64,000 nt of DNA. It comes from an uncultured Verrucomicrobiae bacterium (GTDB lineage: Bacteria; Verrucomicrobiota; Verrucomicrobiia; Chthoniobacterales; JAATET01). Made by a program: the position numbers and the translations under genes. The stretch covers positions 64,001 to 128,000 of the forward strand of contig CAVRCI010000015.1 of assembly GCA_963719495.1 (NCBI GenBank), given 5' to 3'. The stretch's first letter is position 1. Each line of letters begins with the position of its first letter. Shown here one piece after another: positions 7,628-17,504 of the stretch. The notes under the pieces were generated by a model that was not told the origin of the DNA, ran no database searches, and was given only the letters and a program-made list of their open reading frames with translations.

Positions 7628-10270
7628 TCAGGTCGTGGGGTGGTCTTCGAGGAGCTTGATGATCAGGGCGGTCCAGCCGGTTTGGTGGCTGGCTCCGAGG
7701 CCGCGGGCGGTTTCGCCGTGGAAGTATTCGGAGAAGAGGACGTGGTCGCGCCAGTGCTCGCGGGTGAAGAGCGGATCGCCGCCGTTGCAGGGTCGGTGGC
7801 CCTCGGCGTCCGGGCGGAAGATGGCGGCGAGGCGGCGGGAGATTTCGGCGGCTATTTGCTGGAGGTTGCGGTGATGGCCGGAGCCGGTGGGGCATTCCAT
7901 TTGGAAGTCGTCGCCGTAGAAGTGGTGGTAGCGTTCGAGGGCCTCGACGAGGAGGTAGTTGATGGGGAACCAGATGGGGCCGCGCCAATTGGAATTGCCG
8001 CCGAAGAGGTGGCTGTCGCTTTCGCCGGGGACGTAGGACACGCGCTCTTCGCCGCCGGGCCAGCGGAAAACGAACGGGTGCTCGGCGTGGGCTTTCGAGA
8101 GGGATCGGATGCCGAAGGGGGAGAGGAATTCGGCCTCGTCGAGCATTGTGCGGAGCGTGCGCTCGAGGCGTTCGCGTGAGGGGATCGCGAGGATGCGATG
8201 GACGTCGCCGGGGCAGGTCTGGCACCAGTGGGTGACCTCGTCGAGATCGGCGCGGTTGGCGACGAACCAGTCGAGGCGTTTTTTAAAATTCGGCAGGGCG
8301 CGGATTTGATCCTCTTCGAAGACTTCGACGGCGATGAGTGGGAGGAGGCCGACGAGGGACCGGGTGCGCAGGGGGCGGGTGTGGCCGTCGACTTTGAGTT
8401 GGTCGTAGTAGAAGCCGTCGGTTTCGTCCCAGAGGCCGTCGCCGCCGAGCTCGTTCATGGCGTCGGAGATGAAGACGAAGTGCTCGAAGAATTTCGAAGC
8501 CAGGTCCTCGTAGACGGGGTTGTCCCGCGCGAGTTCGAGGGCCATCGCGAGCATGGTGAGACAATAGAACGCCATCCAGGCGGTGCCGTCGGCCTGCTGG
8601 AGGGTGCCGCCGGTGGGGAATGGCTTCGAGCGGTCGAAGACGCCGATGTTGTCGAGACCGAGGAACCCGCCTCCGAAGAGGTTATTGCCGTCGACGTCCT
8701 TGCGGTTCACCCACCAGGTGAAGTTGAGGAGCAGCTTCTGGAACGTGCTCTCGAGGAAGGAGCGGTCGCGCTGGCCGCGGGCGGCGGTGAGTTTATACAC
8801 GCGCCAGGCGGCCCACGCGTGGACGGGGGGATTGACGTCGGAGAAATTCCATTCGTAGGCGGGGATCTGGCCGTTCGGGTGGAGATACCATTCGCGGAGG
8901 AAGAGGGTGAGCTGGGACTTCGCGAATCCTGGGTCGATGCGGGCGAATGGGATCATGTGAAACGCCGTGTCCCAAGCGGCGAACCACGGGTATTCCCACT
9001 TGTCGGGCATCGAGAGGATGTCGCGGCTGTAAAGGTGCGGCCAGTGGGCGTTGCGGCCGGTCAGCCGTGCCGGGGGCGGGGTGGGTTCGTTGGCGTCGCC
9101 GGCGAGCCAGTCCTCGACGATGTAGTGGTAGAATTGCTTGCTCCAGACGAGGCCGGCGTAGCCTTGGCGGATGATGGCGCGGGCCGCGGCGTCGAGGGTG
9201 GGCGGGGTGATGGCGGAGTGGAAGGTGTCGGCTTCTTGGCTTCGCCGGGTGAAGAGGGTGTTGTTGTTGGTTATTGGTTGTTGGTTATTGGTGGATGCGG
9301 TGAGGCGGAGGTGGTGGGTGCGGCTCTCGCCGGGGGCAAGGGTGGCGGTGAGGTGGGGGGCGAATTTCGTGCCGGTCGTGGCATTGGTCGCGGTCGGGTC
9401 GCCGTGAATGACGGTGGCGTGGAAGCCGTCTTTGACGAAGGGGGTGGCGTTCGGCTGGCCGTAGAGTCGTTCGACGTTGGTCTCGTTCTCGGTGAAGAGA
9501 GGCGGGGCTTCGGCGTCCTCGTAGCGGAAGGTGAAGTCGCCGAGCTTCGGGTGGTGGGCGGCGACCTGACCGGGTTCGGTGAGGGTGAGGGTTGGCTTTT
9601 CGCCGATGCCTTCGTGGGCTTCGCCCCAGGTCCATTGGTTGCGGAACCAAAGCGTCGGGAGGAGGTGGTAGGGGGCTGGGTCGGGGCCGCGGTTGGTGAC
9701 GGTGATGCGGATCGCGATGTCGTCGGGGGCGGCTTTGGCGTATTCGGCGACGACGTCGAAGTAGCGTTCGTCGTCGAAGACGCCCGTGTCGGCGAGTTCG
9801 AACTCGCGGTCGCGGAGGCCGCGGCGGGCATTTTCGGCGATGAGCTGCTGGTAGGGAAATTCGGCCTGCGGGTATTTGTAGAGCGCGCGGAGGTAGGAGG
9901 CGGTTGGGGTGGCGTCGAGGTAGAAGTAGTGCTCCTTCACGTCCTCGCCGTGGTTGCCTTCGGGGCCGGTCAGGCCAAAGAGTCGCTCCTTGAGGATGGG
10001 GTCGCGGCCGTTCCAGAGCGCGAGGGCGAAGCAGAGCTGGCAGCGGGCGTCGGTGATGCCGAGGAGCCCATCCTCGCCCCAGCGGTAGGCGCGGGAGCGG
10101 GCGTGGTCGTGGGGGAAGGCATTCCAGGCGTCGCCGGTGGCGGAATAATCCTCGCGGACGGTGCCCCACTGGCGCTCGGAGAGGTAGGGTCCCCACTGCG
10201 ACCAGTAGGCTTCGCGGCGGTCGTTGGCGACGAGGCGGGCGTGTTCGGCGGTGGGAGGTTCGGAATTCAA
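7628..10270 (-). CDS. MGH1-like glycoside hydrolase (GH63-related glucosidase)
   Basis: WGPYLSERQWGTVREDYS, MPDKWEYPWFAAWD, GGNSNWRGPIW and GASHQTGWT motifs; start (TTG 10270) uncertain. Confidence 0.92.
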   Translation of the reverse strand: MNSEPPTAEHARLVANDRREAYWSQWGPYLSERQWGTVREDYSATGDAWNAFPHDHARSRAYRWGEDGLLGITDARCQLCFALALWNGRDPILKERLFGLTGPEGNHGEDVKEHYFYLDATPTASYLRALYKYPQAEFPYQQLIAENARRGLRDREFELADTGVFDDERYFDVVAEYAKAAPDDIAIRITVTNRGPDPAPYHLLPTLWFRNQWTWGEAHEGIGEKPTLTLTEPGQVAAHHPKLGDFTFRYEDAEAPPLFTENETNVERLYGQPNATPFVKDGFHATVIHGDPTATNATTGTKFAPHLTATLAPGESRTHHLRLTASTNNQQPITNNNTLFTRRSQEADTFHSAITPPTLDAAARAIIRQGYAGLVWSKQFYHYIVEDWLAGDANEPTPPPARLTGRNAHWPHLYSRDILSMPDKWEYPWFAAWDTAFHMIPFARIDPGFAKSQLTLFLREWYLHPNGQIPAYEWNFSDVNPPVHAWAAWRVYKLTAARGQRDRSFLESTFQKLLLNFTWWVNRKDVDGNNLFGGGFLGLDNIGVFDRSKPFPTGGTLQQADGTAWMAFYCLTMLAMALELARDNPVYEDLASKFFEHFVFISDAMNELGGDGLWDETDGFYYDQLKVDGHTRPLRTRSLVGLLPLIAVEVFEEDQIRALPNFKKRLDWFVANRADLDEVTHWCQTCPGDVHRILAIPSRERLERTLRTMLDEAEFLSPFGIRSLSKAHAEHPFVFRWPGGEERVSYVPGESDSHLFGGNSNWRGPIWFPINYLLVEALERYHHFYGDDFQMECPTGSGHHRNLQQIAAEISRRLAAIFRPDAEGHRPCNGGDPLFTREHWRDHVLFSEYFHGETARGLGASHQTGWTALIIKLLEDHPTT

Positions 10271-10366
10271 GGCGGATTTTTGAACAGAAGGGAGCGAAGG
10301 AAGCAAAGAATACAGGAAAGGGAATGCGAGGTGGTGAAGGATTTGCGCTTCGCGGGTTTTTTGGAA

Positions 10367-10389
10367 ATCGGCTGGAAGCCGATGGCACG
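10367..10389 (+). repeat. REP-like hairpin family 2 (ATCGGCTGGAAGCCGATGGCACG)
   Basis: Identical 23-mer at 33089-33111; same CGGCTGGAAGCCG core as at 26130 and 27184. Confidence 0.85.
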
Positions 10390-10407
10390 GTCGGGTAGCC
10401 ACGCCGA

Positions 10408-11409
10408 GTGATTTTGGATCGTCGATTGAGGTATTGGTTTGCTTGGTTGGTGGTCTTTTACGCCGGCTGGCTGGTTCTCGTAACCGTCGGTGGACAGTGG
10501 CCGGTGGTGGCGGGGCATTGGCCGATCGCGGCGGCGATGGCGGCGGGGTCCTACGTGGCGGGGGCAACGCCGATGGGCGGGGGGACGGTGGGATTCCCGA
10601 TTCTGGTGCTGGCGTTTCACCAGTCGGCGGAATTGGGGCGGGATTTTTCGTTCGCGGTGCAGAGCGTGGGGATGACGAGCGCGACGCTGTTCATCGTCGC
10701 GCGGCGGCAGCCGGTCGAGTGGCCGATGCTGCGGTGGGCGGTGTTGGGGTCGGCGCTCGGAACGCCGCTTGGGATCGTGTTCATCGCGCCGCTGGTGCCG
10801 GGGATCGCGGTGAAGGTCGTTTTCGCCGTGGTGTGGGCGAGCTTCGGTGTGCTGCACTTGTTTCGATTGCGAGAGTTCGCGCGACACGACGGTCTCGCTC
10901 CGACCGCCCACCGGTTTGACCGGGTCGCGGGATTGGCTACCGGCTTGCTGGCGGGTGCGACCGTGGCAGCGGTGACGGGGGTGGGGATCGACATGGCTCT
11001 CTACTGCGTGCTGGTGCTGCTGTGTCAGGCGGATCTCAAAATCGCGATCCCGACGTCGGTCGTGATCATGGCGGCGACTTCGCTGATCGGCGTGGCGACG
11101 AAGTTGACGGTGGGCGGGGGGATGCAGCCGGGGGTTTACGAAAACTGGTTGGCGGCGGCTCCGGTCGTCGTGCTCGGGGCTCCGATGGGAGCGTTCGTCG
11201 TCGATCGGCTCGGCCGGGTGCCGACGTTGTTTTTCGTGTCGGTGCTGTGCGTCGGACAATTTGCCTGGGCGATGTGGGACGGATGGCCGGTGCTGGGGGC
11301 GGTGGGGCTGGCCGGGTCGGTCGCCGGGGTGGGCGTGGTCTGCGCGGGGTTCGGGAGGCTGCACGCCCGGGGTGATCGTTTGAATCGGCGCGGTGCGCGC
11401 TCGTCTTGA
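10408..11409 (+). CDS. Sulfite exporter TauE/SafE family membrane protein
   Basis: Multi-TM; GATPMGGGTVGFP, QSVGMTSA and AIPTSVVIMA motifs. Confidence 0.85.
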   Translation: MILDRRLRYWFAWLVVFYAGWLVLVTVGGQWPVVAGHWPIAAAMAAGSYVAGATPMGGGTVGFPILVLAFHQSAELGRDFSFAVQSVGMTSATLFIVARRQPVEWPMLRWAVLGSALGTPLGIVFIAPLVPGIAVKVVFAVVWASFGVLHLFRLREFARHDGLAPTAHRFDRVAGLATGLLAGATVAAVTGVGIDMALYCVLVLLCQADLKIAIPTSVVIMAATSLIGVATKLTVGGGMQPGVYENWLAAAPVVVLGAPMGAFVVDRLGRVPTLFFVSVLCVGQFAWAMWDGWPVLGAVGLAGSVAGVGVVCAGFGRLHARGDRLNRRGARSS

Positions 11410-11437
11410 GCGCCTGAAGGCGCTAGGGTCGGCGGCT

Positions 11438-13246
11438 ATGGGTTATCAGCCGATCGAGAATTACGGAGTTGTCGGGGATCTTCACACCGTCGCGTTGGTC
11501 GGGATGGATGGGTCGATCGACTTCATGTGTTTTCCGCACTTCGATTCGCCGTCGGTTTTCGCGGCGATGCTGGACGACACGAAGGGCGGCCGTTTTTCGC
11601 TCGCGCCGGTCATGCGGGACGCGAAGCACAAGCAGATGTATCTGCCGGACACGAACATCCTGCTGACGCGGTTTCTGGCGCACGAAGGAATTGGCGAAGT
11701 GTCGGATTTCATGCCCGTCGAGGAGAAGGGGCACGCGCACCAGATCATCCGGCGGGCGAAGGCGGTGCGGGGTGACATTCGGTTTCGGCTGAACTTCGCG
11801 CCGGCCTTCAACTATGGCCGCTCGGGCCACCGCATCGAGCGGACGTCGGACGGGATTGTCTTCACGAGCGAAGGGCCGGACGAGACGGCGCTGCGGTTGA
11901 TCGTGCAGCACGACGTGGAGATCCAGACCGACAACGGCGCGGCGACGGCGGAGTTCACGCTGCACGCCGGCCAGACGGTGTTCGTCATCATGGAGGACGC
12001 ACGGGATTGCAACGCGCCGCACCGACGGCGGAGCGACGACGTGTCGCAGCTGTTCAAGGAGACGCTGAATTTCTGGCGCAGTTGGTGTCATCATTCGAAC
12101 TACCGGGGGCGCTGGCGCGAGATGGTCAAGCGGTCGGCGCTCACGCTCAAAATGCTCGTCTCGCATCCGCACGGATCGATCGTGGCGGCACCGACCTTCG
12201 GGTTGCCGGAGGCGATCGGCGGCGGGCGGAATTGGGATTACCGCTACACGTGGATTCGGGACGCCTCGTTCACGATCTATGGGCTGATGCGTCTCGGCTA
12301 CACGAGCGAAGCCAAGCACTTCATGGGATGGATCGAGGAGCGTTGCCGCGAGCTGGCGGGCGGGCAGATGGACATCATGTACTCGATCGACGGGCGGACC
12401 GAGTTGCCGGAGATCACGCTCGACCACTGGGAGGGATACCGGAAGTCGTCGCCGGTGCGAATTGGCAACGCGGCCCACGCTCAGCTGCAGCTCGACATCT
12501 ACGGTGAGCTGATGGACTCGGTCTATCTCTACAACAAATACGGCGAGCCGATTTCCTACGATCTCTGGACGAGCCTCACCCGGATGATCGACTGGGTCTG
12601 CGACAATTGGAAGCGGCCGGACGAGGGGATCTGGGAAATCCGCGGGGAGAAGCAGCATTTCACCTACTCACGGGTGATGTGCTGGGTGGCGATCGACCGC
12701 GGCGTGCGCCTTGCGCTCAAGCGTTCCTTCCCGGCACCGCTGGCCCGCTGGATGAAGGTGCGCGACGAGATCTACCAGGACGTTTACAAAAACTTTTGGA
12801 ACGCGGACCTACAGACGTTCGTCCAGCACCTCGGGTCGACAGCGGTGGATGCGTCCTGCCTGTTGATGCCGATGGTGAAGTTCATCGGGCCGACGGACCC
12901 GCGCTGGATCTCCACTCTGCGGGCGATTGAGCGCTCGTTGGTCGAAGATTCCACGGTTTATCGCTACAGCACGGCCGATGGCGCGCACGACGGACTCGAG
13001 GGCACGGAGGGGACGTTTTCGATGTGTTCGTTCTGGTATGTCGAGTGTCTGTCGCGGGCGGGCGACGTCGACAAGGCGCGGTTTCTCTTTGAAAAGACGC
13101 TCGGTTACGCGAATCACCTCGGGCTCTATTCGGAGGAACTGGGGCCGTGCGGCGAGCATCTCGGGAATTTCCCGCAGGCGTTCACCCACCTCGCGTTGAT
13201 CAGCGCGGCTTACAATCTGGACGTCGAGCTAACAGCTCGGCGGTAG
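11438..13246 (+). CDS. Glycoside hydrolase family 15 (glucoamylase/trehalase-like)
   Basis: GGRNWDYRYTWIRD, DEGIWEIR and GNFPQAFTH motifs. Confidence 0.95.
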   Translation: MGYQPIENYGVVGDLHTVALVGMDGSIDFMCFPHFDSPSVFAAMLDDTKGGRFSLAPVMRDAKHKQMYLPDTNILLTRFLAHEGIGEVSDFMPVEEKGHAHQIIRRAKAVRGDIRFRLNFAPAFNYGRSGHRIERTSDGIVFTSEGPDETALRLIVQHDVEIQTDNGAATAEFTLHAGQTVFVIMEDARDCNAPHRRRSDDVSQLFKETLNFWRSWCHHSNYRGRWREMVKRSALTLKMLVSHPHGSIVAAPTFGLPEAIGGGRNWDYRYTWIRDASFTIYGLMRLGYTSEAKHFMGWIEERCRELAGGQMDIMYSIDGRTELPEITLDHWEGYRKSSPVRIGNAAHAQLQLDIYGELMDSVYLYNKYGEPISYDLWTSLTRMIDWVCDNWKRPDEGIWEIRGEKQHFTYSRVMCWVAIDRGVRLALKRSFPAPLARWMKVRDEIYQDVYKNFWNADLQTFVQHLGSTAVDASCLLMPMVKFIGPTDPRWISTLRAIERSLVEDSTVYRYSTADGAHDGLEGTEGTFSMCSFWYVECLSRAGDVDKARFLFEKTLGYANHLGLYSEELGPCGEHLGNFPQAFTHLALISAAYNLDVELTARR

Positions 13247-13348
13247 CGAAAAAGAAGTGTTTCCGAAGCGAAGCCGCGGAAGGGGTGATTCTACCGGTCG
13301 TCCGATCTCTTGTTTCGACGTAATTGGAATCGGTATTAACGTCGGTGC

Positions 13349-14161
13349 ATGAAAAAGCTGCTAACAGGATTACTCGGAGTTTCTCTTTGGACCGGCGTGG
13401 CGGGAGCGGAGGTCACGTCGAAGAATGTGACTTATCCGGCGGGCGACGTGACCGCGAAGGCGCTGCTGGCCACGCCGGCTGGTGAGGGCAAGCATCCCGG
13501 GGTGCTCGTCGTCCACGAATGGTGGGGTCTCAACGACTACGCCAAAGGGCGCGCGGAGTTGCTCGCGGAGCTGGGCTACGTCGCGCTCGCGGTCGACATG
13601 TATGGCGACGGGAAGTTGGCCGAGCATCCGGACGACGCCGGAGCCTTCGCCAAGGCCGTGATGAGCGACCGGGACGAAGCCACCGAACGCTTCGAGGCGG
13701 CGATGAAGTACCTCAGATCGCAGCCGGAGGTCGACGCGGAGAAAATTGCGGCGATCGGGTATTGTTTCGGCGGCGGGGTGGTTCTTCAGATGGCGGCCAG
13801 CGGAGTCGAAGGGCTCGACGGAGTCGCGAGTTTTCACGGTTCGCTCGGTGCGGAGGTGCCGGAAGGAGTGACGCCAACGACTCGGATGTTGGTGATGACC
13901 GGCACCGCGGACGAGTTCGTGCCCGATCATCAGATCGAAGCCTTCGAAAAGCGCATGAATGACGCGGGGGCCAACGTGACGATCACGAAATACCCGGGCG
14001 CCAAACACAGTTTCACGAATCCGGGAGCCGACGCGATGGCCGAGGAATTCGGGATGCCGATCGGCTACGACGCCGATGCCGACAGGAAATCCTGGGCCGA
14101 GTTGAAAGAGTTCCTTTCGAGCGTTTTCGCAATCGACGGCCAGCCGGGCACCGACGACTGA
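13349..14161 (+). CDS. Dienelactone hydrolase family protein (exported)
   Basis: Signal peptide; HEWWGLN, GYCFGG and HSFTNP motifs. Confidence 0.93.
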   Translation: MKKLLTGLLGVSLWTGVAGAEVTSKNVTYPAGDVTAKALLATPAGEGKHPGVLVVHEWWGLNDYAKGRAELLAELGYVALAVDMYGDGKLAEHPDDAGAFAKAVMSDRDEATERFEAAMKYLRSQPEVDAEKIAAIGYCFGGGVVLQMAASGVEGLDGVASFHGSLGAEVPEGVTPTTRMLVMTGTADEFVPDHQIEAFEKRMNDAGANVTITKYPGAKHSFTNPGADAMAEEFGMPIGYDADADRKSWAELKEFLSSVFAIDGQPGTDD

Positions 14162-14184
14162 CCTCCAGTCGGGCTGGATCGAGT

Positions 14185-15033
14185 TCAACCGCCGGTTGCG
14201 AATCCCGGGTAGAGAGTCATCCCGCCGTCCACGAAGAGCGTGATGCCAGTCACGTAATCCGACTCGTCGGACGCGAGCCAGACCGCGGCGCGTCCGATTT
14301 CGGAAGGCTCGCCGATCCGGTTCGACGGGATGTGGTTCATGAGATCCTCGTTTCGTTCGGGATCGCTCCAGGTCTTCTCGTTGATCGGTGTGCGGATCGC
14401 GCCCGGTCCGATGCTGTTCACCCGGATTTTGAGCGGGGCCATTTCCTGCGCGATGGACTTCATCATCAGCATAATGCCGCCCTTCGACGCCGCGTAATTG
14501 ACGTGGCCGGCCCACGGGATCACCTCGTGGACCGAACTCATGCAGATGATCTTACCGAGCGCGCGCGAGACGCCCGGACGCATTCCGCGGCGTTTGAATT
14601 CCCGGACGGCGCCGCGCGCGCAGAGGAATTGACCCGTGAGGTTCACGTCGATGACTTTTTGCCATTTTTCGAGGGTGAGTTCGTCGAATGGGGCGTCCAG
14701 TTGGATCCCGGCGTTGGCGACGAGGATGTCCACCGTTCCGAATTCCTCCCGCGTCCGCTCGAACATCGCTTCGACGTCGGCTTCGCTCGAAACGTCCGCT
14801 TGCACGGCGATGGCGTTGCCACCCGCGCCGCGAATGTCGGCGACCACGGCATTGGCTGCGTCGCGGCTTCCGACGAAATTGACCACCACCGCGGCACCCG
14901 CGTCGGCGAGAGAGTGCGCCACCGCTTTTCCGATCCCGGAGCTGGCCCCCGTGACGATTGCCGTCTGCCCTTGAAGCGGGGATTGCGTGCGCGATGGATG
15001 GGGTGCCGTCGAAGAAGGATTCGCTTCACTCAT
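14185..15033 (-). CDS. Glucose 1-dehydrogenase-like SDR oxidoreductase
   Basis: TGASSGIG, SSVHEVIPW, YAASKGG and DGGMTLYP motifs. Confidence 0.92.
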   Translation of the reverse strand: MSEANPSSTAPHPSRTQSPLQGQTAIVTGASSGIGKAVAHSLADAGAAVVVNFVGSRDAANAVVADIRGAGGNAIAVQADVSSEADVEAMFERTREEFGTVDILVANAGIQLDAPFDELTLEKWQKVIDVNLTGQFLCARGAVREFKRRGMRPGVSRALGKIICMSSVHEVIPWAGHVNYAASKGGIMLMMKSIAQEMAPLKIRVNSIGPGAIRTPINEKTWSDPERNEDLMNHIPSNRIGEPSEIGRAAVWLASDESDYVTGITLFVDGGMTLYPGFATGG

Positions 15034-15191
15034 GGAGGTTATTCAAAACAGCACGCCCGGCTGACCGCAAGTCGAAGCGGGACGTGGCGGAAATGTTTTT
15101 GCGGCCCACCGACCAGAAAACTTTTGATTATCTTCAGGAAACACCTAATACTCACGACACGAAACAAAGCAAATCTAGGAGGAAACGTAAA

Positions 15192-16391
15192 ATGGTGATG
15201 CAAAAAGACGGATTACGAGAGGGCCGCGAGATTTCGACGTATCTCAAGACGTTCGAAGGTGCGGCTGCGACCTTTGCGCGGGAAGAAGATATGTGGTCGC
15301 TCTGGCTTCCGGAGATGAGCGCGGGCGAGCGGCCGATCACGCCGGCTTCCCAGTTGTATTTTGCCGTAATTCTTCGTCACGAGCAGCAGGCGTTCGCAAT
15401 CCGTTTCTTCTACGATTGCTCGACTGGTAAGATTCGCTACTACACCAGCGCCGTTCCGCACGAAATCGCCCAAGCCCCCGAATTCGAAAACGCCGTTTCC
15501 GAGCTCTTTCGCCACACTTTGCCCGTCGAACCGATTCGGCAACGGAAGTTGCGAAAATCTCCCGTCCGACGTCGGCGCGAGAGGGACGATTCCAGTCAAG
15601 TCAAGCCACGGCACATTCCCGCGCCGATGGCTGATGCCGTGGAACCGCAATTGGTGTCCGGCTCGATCCCGGCGATCCTCACCCCGGAAGAAGTCACCCA
15701 GCCGGAAAGGCTGGTGGCGGAACAATCCCTGATCCCGACTTCCCCGGATGCTGGTGCGGAGGCGTCGGAGGAATCTCGTATCATCGGAGTTTCCGAGCCT
15801 TCAATCGAACAACCGGGCGAGATCCTCGCGGACTGCTCGAAACCTGCGCCGGTAAATCCTGTCGCCAAAGTCGAAATCACCCGCCCGTTCAGTCCCGCAA
15901 ACCCGGAAGTGGATGTCGTCCCCGAGCCCGTGGCAAAGGAGGCGGCCGCGCCGGAGATCGTGCCGGTCGAGACCCCTGCCGAAGCAGTCTCGAAGCCGAC
16001 TCAGCGACTGATCTTCGAATCCGCGCCTTCCCAGTCATTCCACCAAAGAAGCTTGGCCGAACCCGAGAAAACTCCTGTCGGGACCAGGATGGCGTTTTCG
16101 AAGCGAGCGCCCGAGTCCTCGCGAGAAGTGGCGATTACCTCGACGAGAGAGATTCGAGTCGCCCAACCGCCGGAGCGGCCCTTCGAGCCGACCGAGCGGG
16201 ATGCGGTGCGAAAAGTCGAATTCGACGTGGGTTCCCGCATGAAATCCGTCCTGATGTCCATCATCATCGCCTGCGGCATCGTCGCGACCGTTGGGATTCT
16301 TGCTTACAGCTACCTGATTCTGACCGAAGATCCAGGCGTGAAGCATCACCGGCTCCAGAACGAGGCTCTCCGGACCCAGGCGAGCCGGTAG
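15192..16391 (+). CDS. Hypothetical protein with Pro/Glu-rich linker and C-terminal TM helix
   Basis: Long ORF with a globular-looking N-terminus, low-complexity middle and hydrophobic C-terminus; start could be 15093. Confidence 0.65.
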   Translation: MVMQKDGLREGREISTYLKTFEGAAATFAREEDMWSLWLPEMSAGERPITPASQLYFAVILRHEQQAFAIRFFYDCSTGKIRYYTSAVPHEIAQAPEFENAVSELFRHTLPVEPIRQRKLRKSPVRRRRERDDSSQVKPRHIPAPMADAVEPQLVSGSIPAILTPEEVTQPERLVAEQSLIPTSPDAGAEASEESRIIGVSEPSIEQPGEILADCSKPAPVNPVAKVEITRPFSPANPEVDVVPEPVAKEAAAPEIVPVETPAEAVSKPTQRLIFESAPSQSFHQRSLAEPEKTPVGTRMAFSKRAPESSREVAITSTREIRVAQPPERPFEPTERDAVRKVEFDVGSRMKSVLMSIIIACGIVATVGILAYSYLILTEDPGVKHHRLQNEALRTQASR

Positions 16392-16452
16392 CGGTCCGCC
16401 GATGACCGGACGGAAGCGACTCCGGAGCAGAATTCAACCGGGTAGAATTCAA

Positions 16453-16481
16453 TTGACCGCCCGGCCGTCGCAACCTACTTT
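16453..16481 (+). promoter_or_regulatory. Putative sigma70 promoter of tRNA-Val
   Basis: TTGACC-N17-TACTTT, 36 nt upstream of the tRNA. Confidence 0.6.
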
Positions 16482-16517
16482 CCGGCCTCCCGATTCGCCT
16501 CTGGGTGAATCCGATCC

Positions 16518-16592
16518 GCGCGGTTAGCTCAGCGGTAGAGCACCTCCCTGACACGGAGGGGGTCACTGGTTCGAACCCAGTATCGCGCACCA
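16518..16592 (+). tRNA. tRNA-Val(GAC)
   Basis: Acceptor stem GCGCGGT/ATCGCGC, anticodon arm CCTCC-CTGACAC-GGAGG, T-loop GGTTCGAACCC, encoded CCA. Confidence 0.97.
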
Positions 16593-16622
16593 TCTTCCTT
16601 TCCGAGATCTCCTCTTCTCGGA

Positions 16623-17189
16623 CTATTCCAGGATGGACGAGGCCGCTTTTGCGAAACCGTCGAACTCCATCGAGCCTTCGACGTATTTTTTGATTTTGCC
16701 TGCGCGGTCGATGAAGAAGGTCGTGGGGAAAACCTGAACGCCGCCAAAGTCGGTGAGGGTTTTCTCGTTGCCGAGGACCACGGGGTAGTTGATCGCGTTT
16801 TTTTCGATGAAGTCGGGCAGGACGCCGGGGTTGGACTCGATGGCGACGCCGATGACGGTGAGGCCGCGGTCGGCGAAGGTCTTTTGCAATTCGATCAGGG
16901 CGGGAATTTCTTCGCGGCAGGGTGGGCACCAGGTGCCCCAGAAATTGAGGACGATCGGTTTGCCGGCGAAATCGTGGTTCGAGATCGTTTTGCCGTCGGG
17001 GGTTTCTAGCGTCCACTCCGGGGCGGGGACGACGCTGGTCGGCAGGGCCGCGGTGGCGGTCGGGATGAGGCCGGGAAGGAGCGGGCTGCACGAGCGGGCC
17101 GGGCCGGAGTGGAGGAGGGCGTAGACGGGGAAGCCGAGGACGAGCGCGAGGGCGAACCAGTGGCGGGCGGGGTTTTTTCGAGGTGTCAT
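16623..17189 (-). CDS. TlpA/ResA family thiol-disulfide oxidoreductase
   Basis: LNFWGTWCPPCREEIP and FPTTFFID motifs; N-terminal TM. Confidence 0.93.
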   Translation of the reverse strand: MTPRKNPARHWFALALVLGFPVYALLHSGPARSCSPLLPGLIPTATAALPTSVVPAPEWTLETPDGKTISNHDFAGKPIVLNFWGTWCPPCREEIPALIELQKTFADRGLTVIGVAIESNPGVLPDFIEKNAINYPVVLGNEKTLTDFGGVQVFPTTFFIDRAGKIKKYVEGSMEFDGFAKAASSILE

Positions 17190-17380
17190 GGGCAGGGACC
17201 GGTCGTGCAGATCGGGAAGAGGAGTTTGAGACCGTAGGCCAAGGCTCCGACGACCGCCACGGTGCATCCGCCGCCGAGGAAGGCGAGGCGGGTCGGGGTG
17301 AGCCAGGCGGCTGGGCCGGGAAGTTGCGAGCACTCCTCGCGGTCGCGGTAGATGGTGTGGATGAATTCGTGGGAGTTCAT
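17186..17380 (-). CDS. Small membrane protein ending in ICTTGPCP
   Basis: 64-aa ORF with one hydrophobic segment; its stop overlaps the TlpA ATG (ATGA coupling). Confidence 0.6.
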   Translation of the reverse strand: MNSHEFIHTIYRDREECSQLPGPAAWLTPTRLAFLGGGCTVAVVGALAYGLKLLFPICTTGPCP

Positions 17381-17504
17381 GATCTGTGAGACGGAACGAG
17401 TGGAGGTTTTATTCCGGTTGCTTTCGGGAGGGGATGGTCTCCGGTGTTTTGCGTGGACGGGGCATCTTTTTTTTGGATGATGACGTTTCCTTTCCGAGGG
17501 CCCA

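Noticed and set aside
16518..16700. tRNA-Val as an island integration site
   Set aside because: No integrase nearby and no duplicated tRNA 3' end seen
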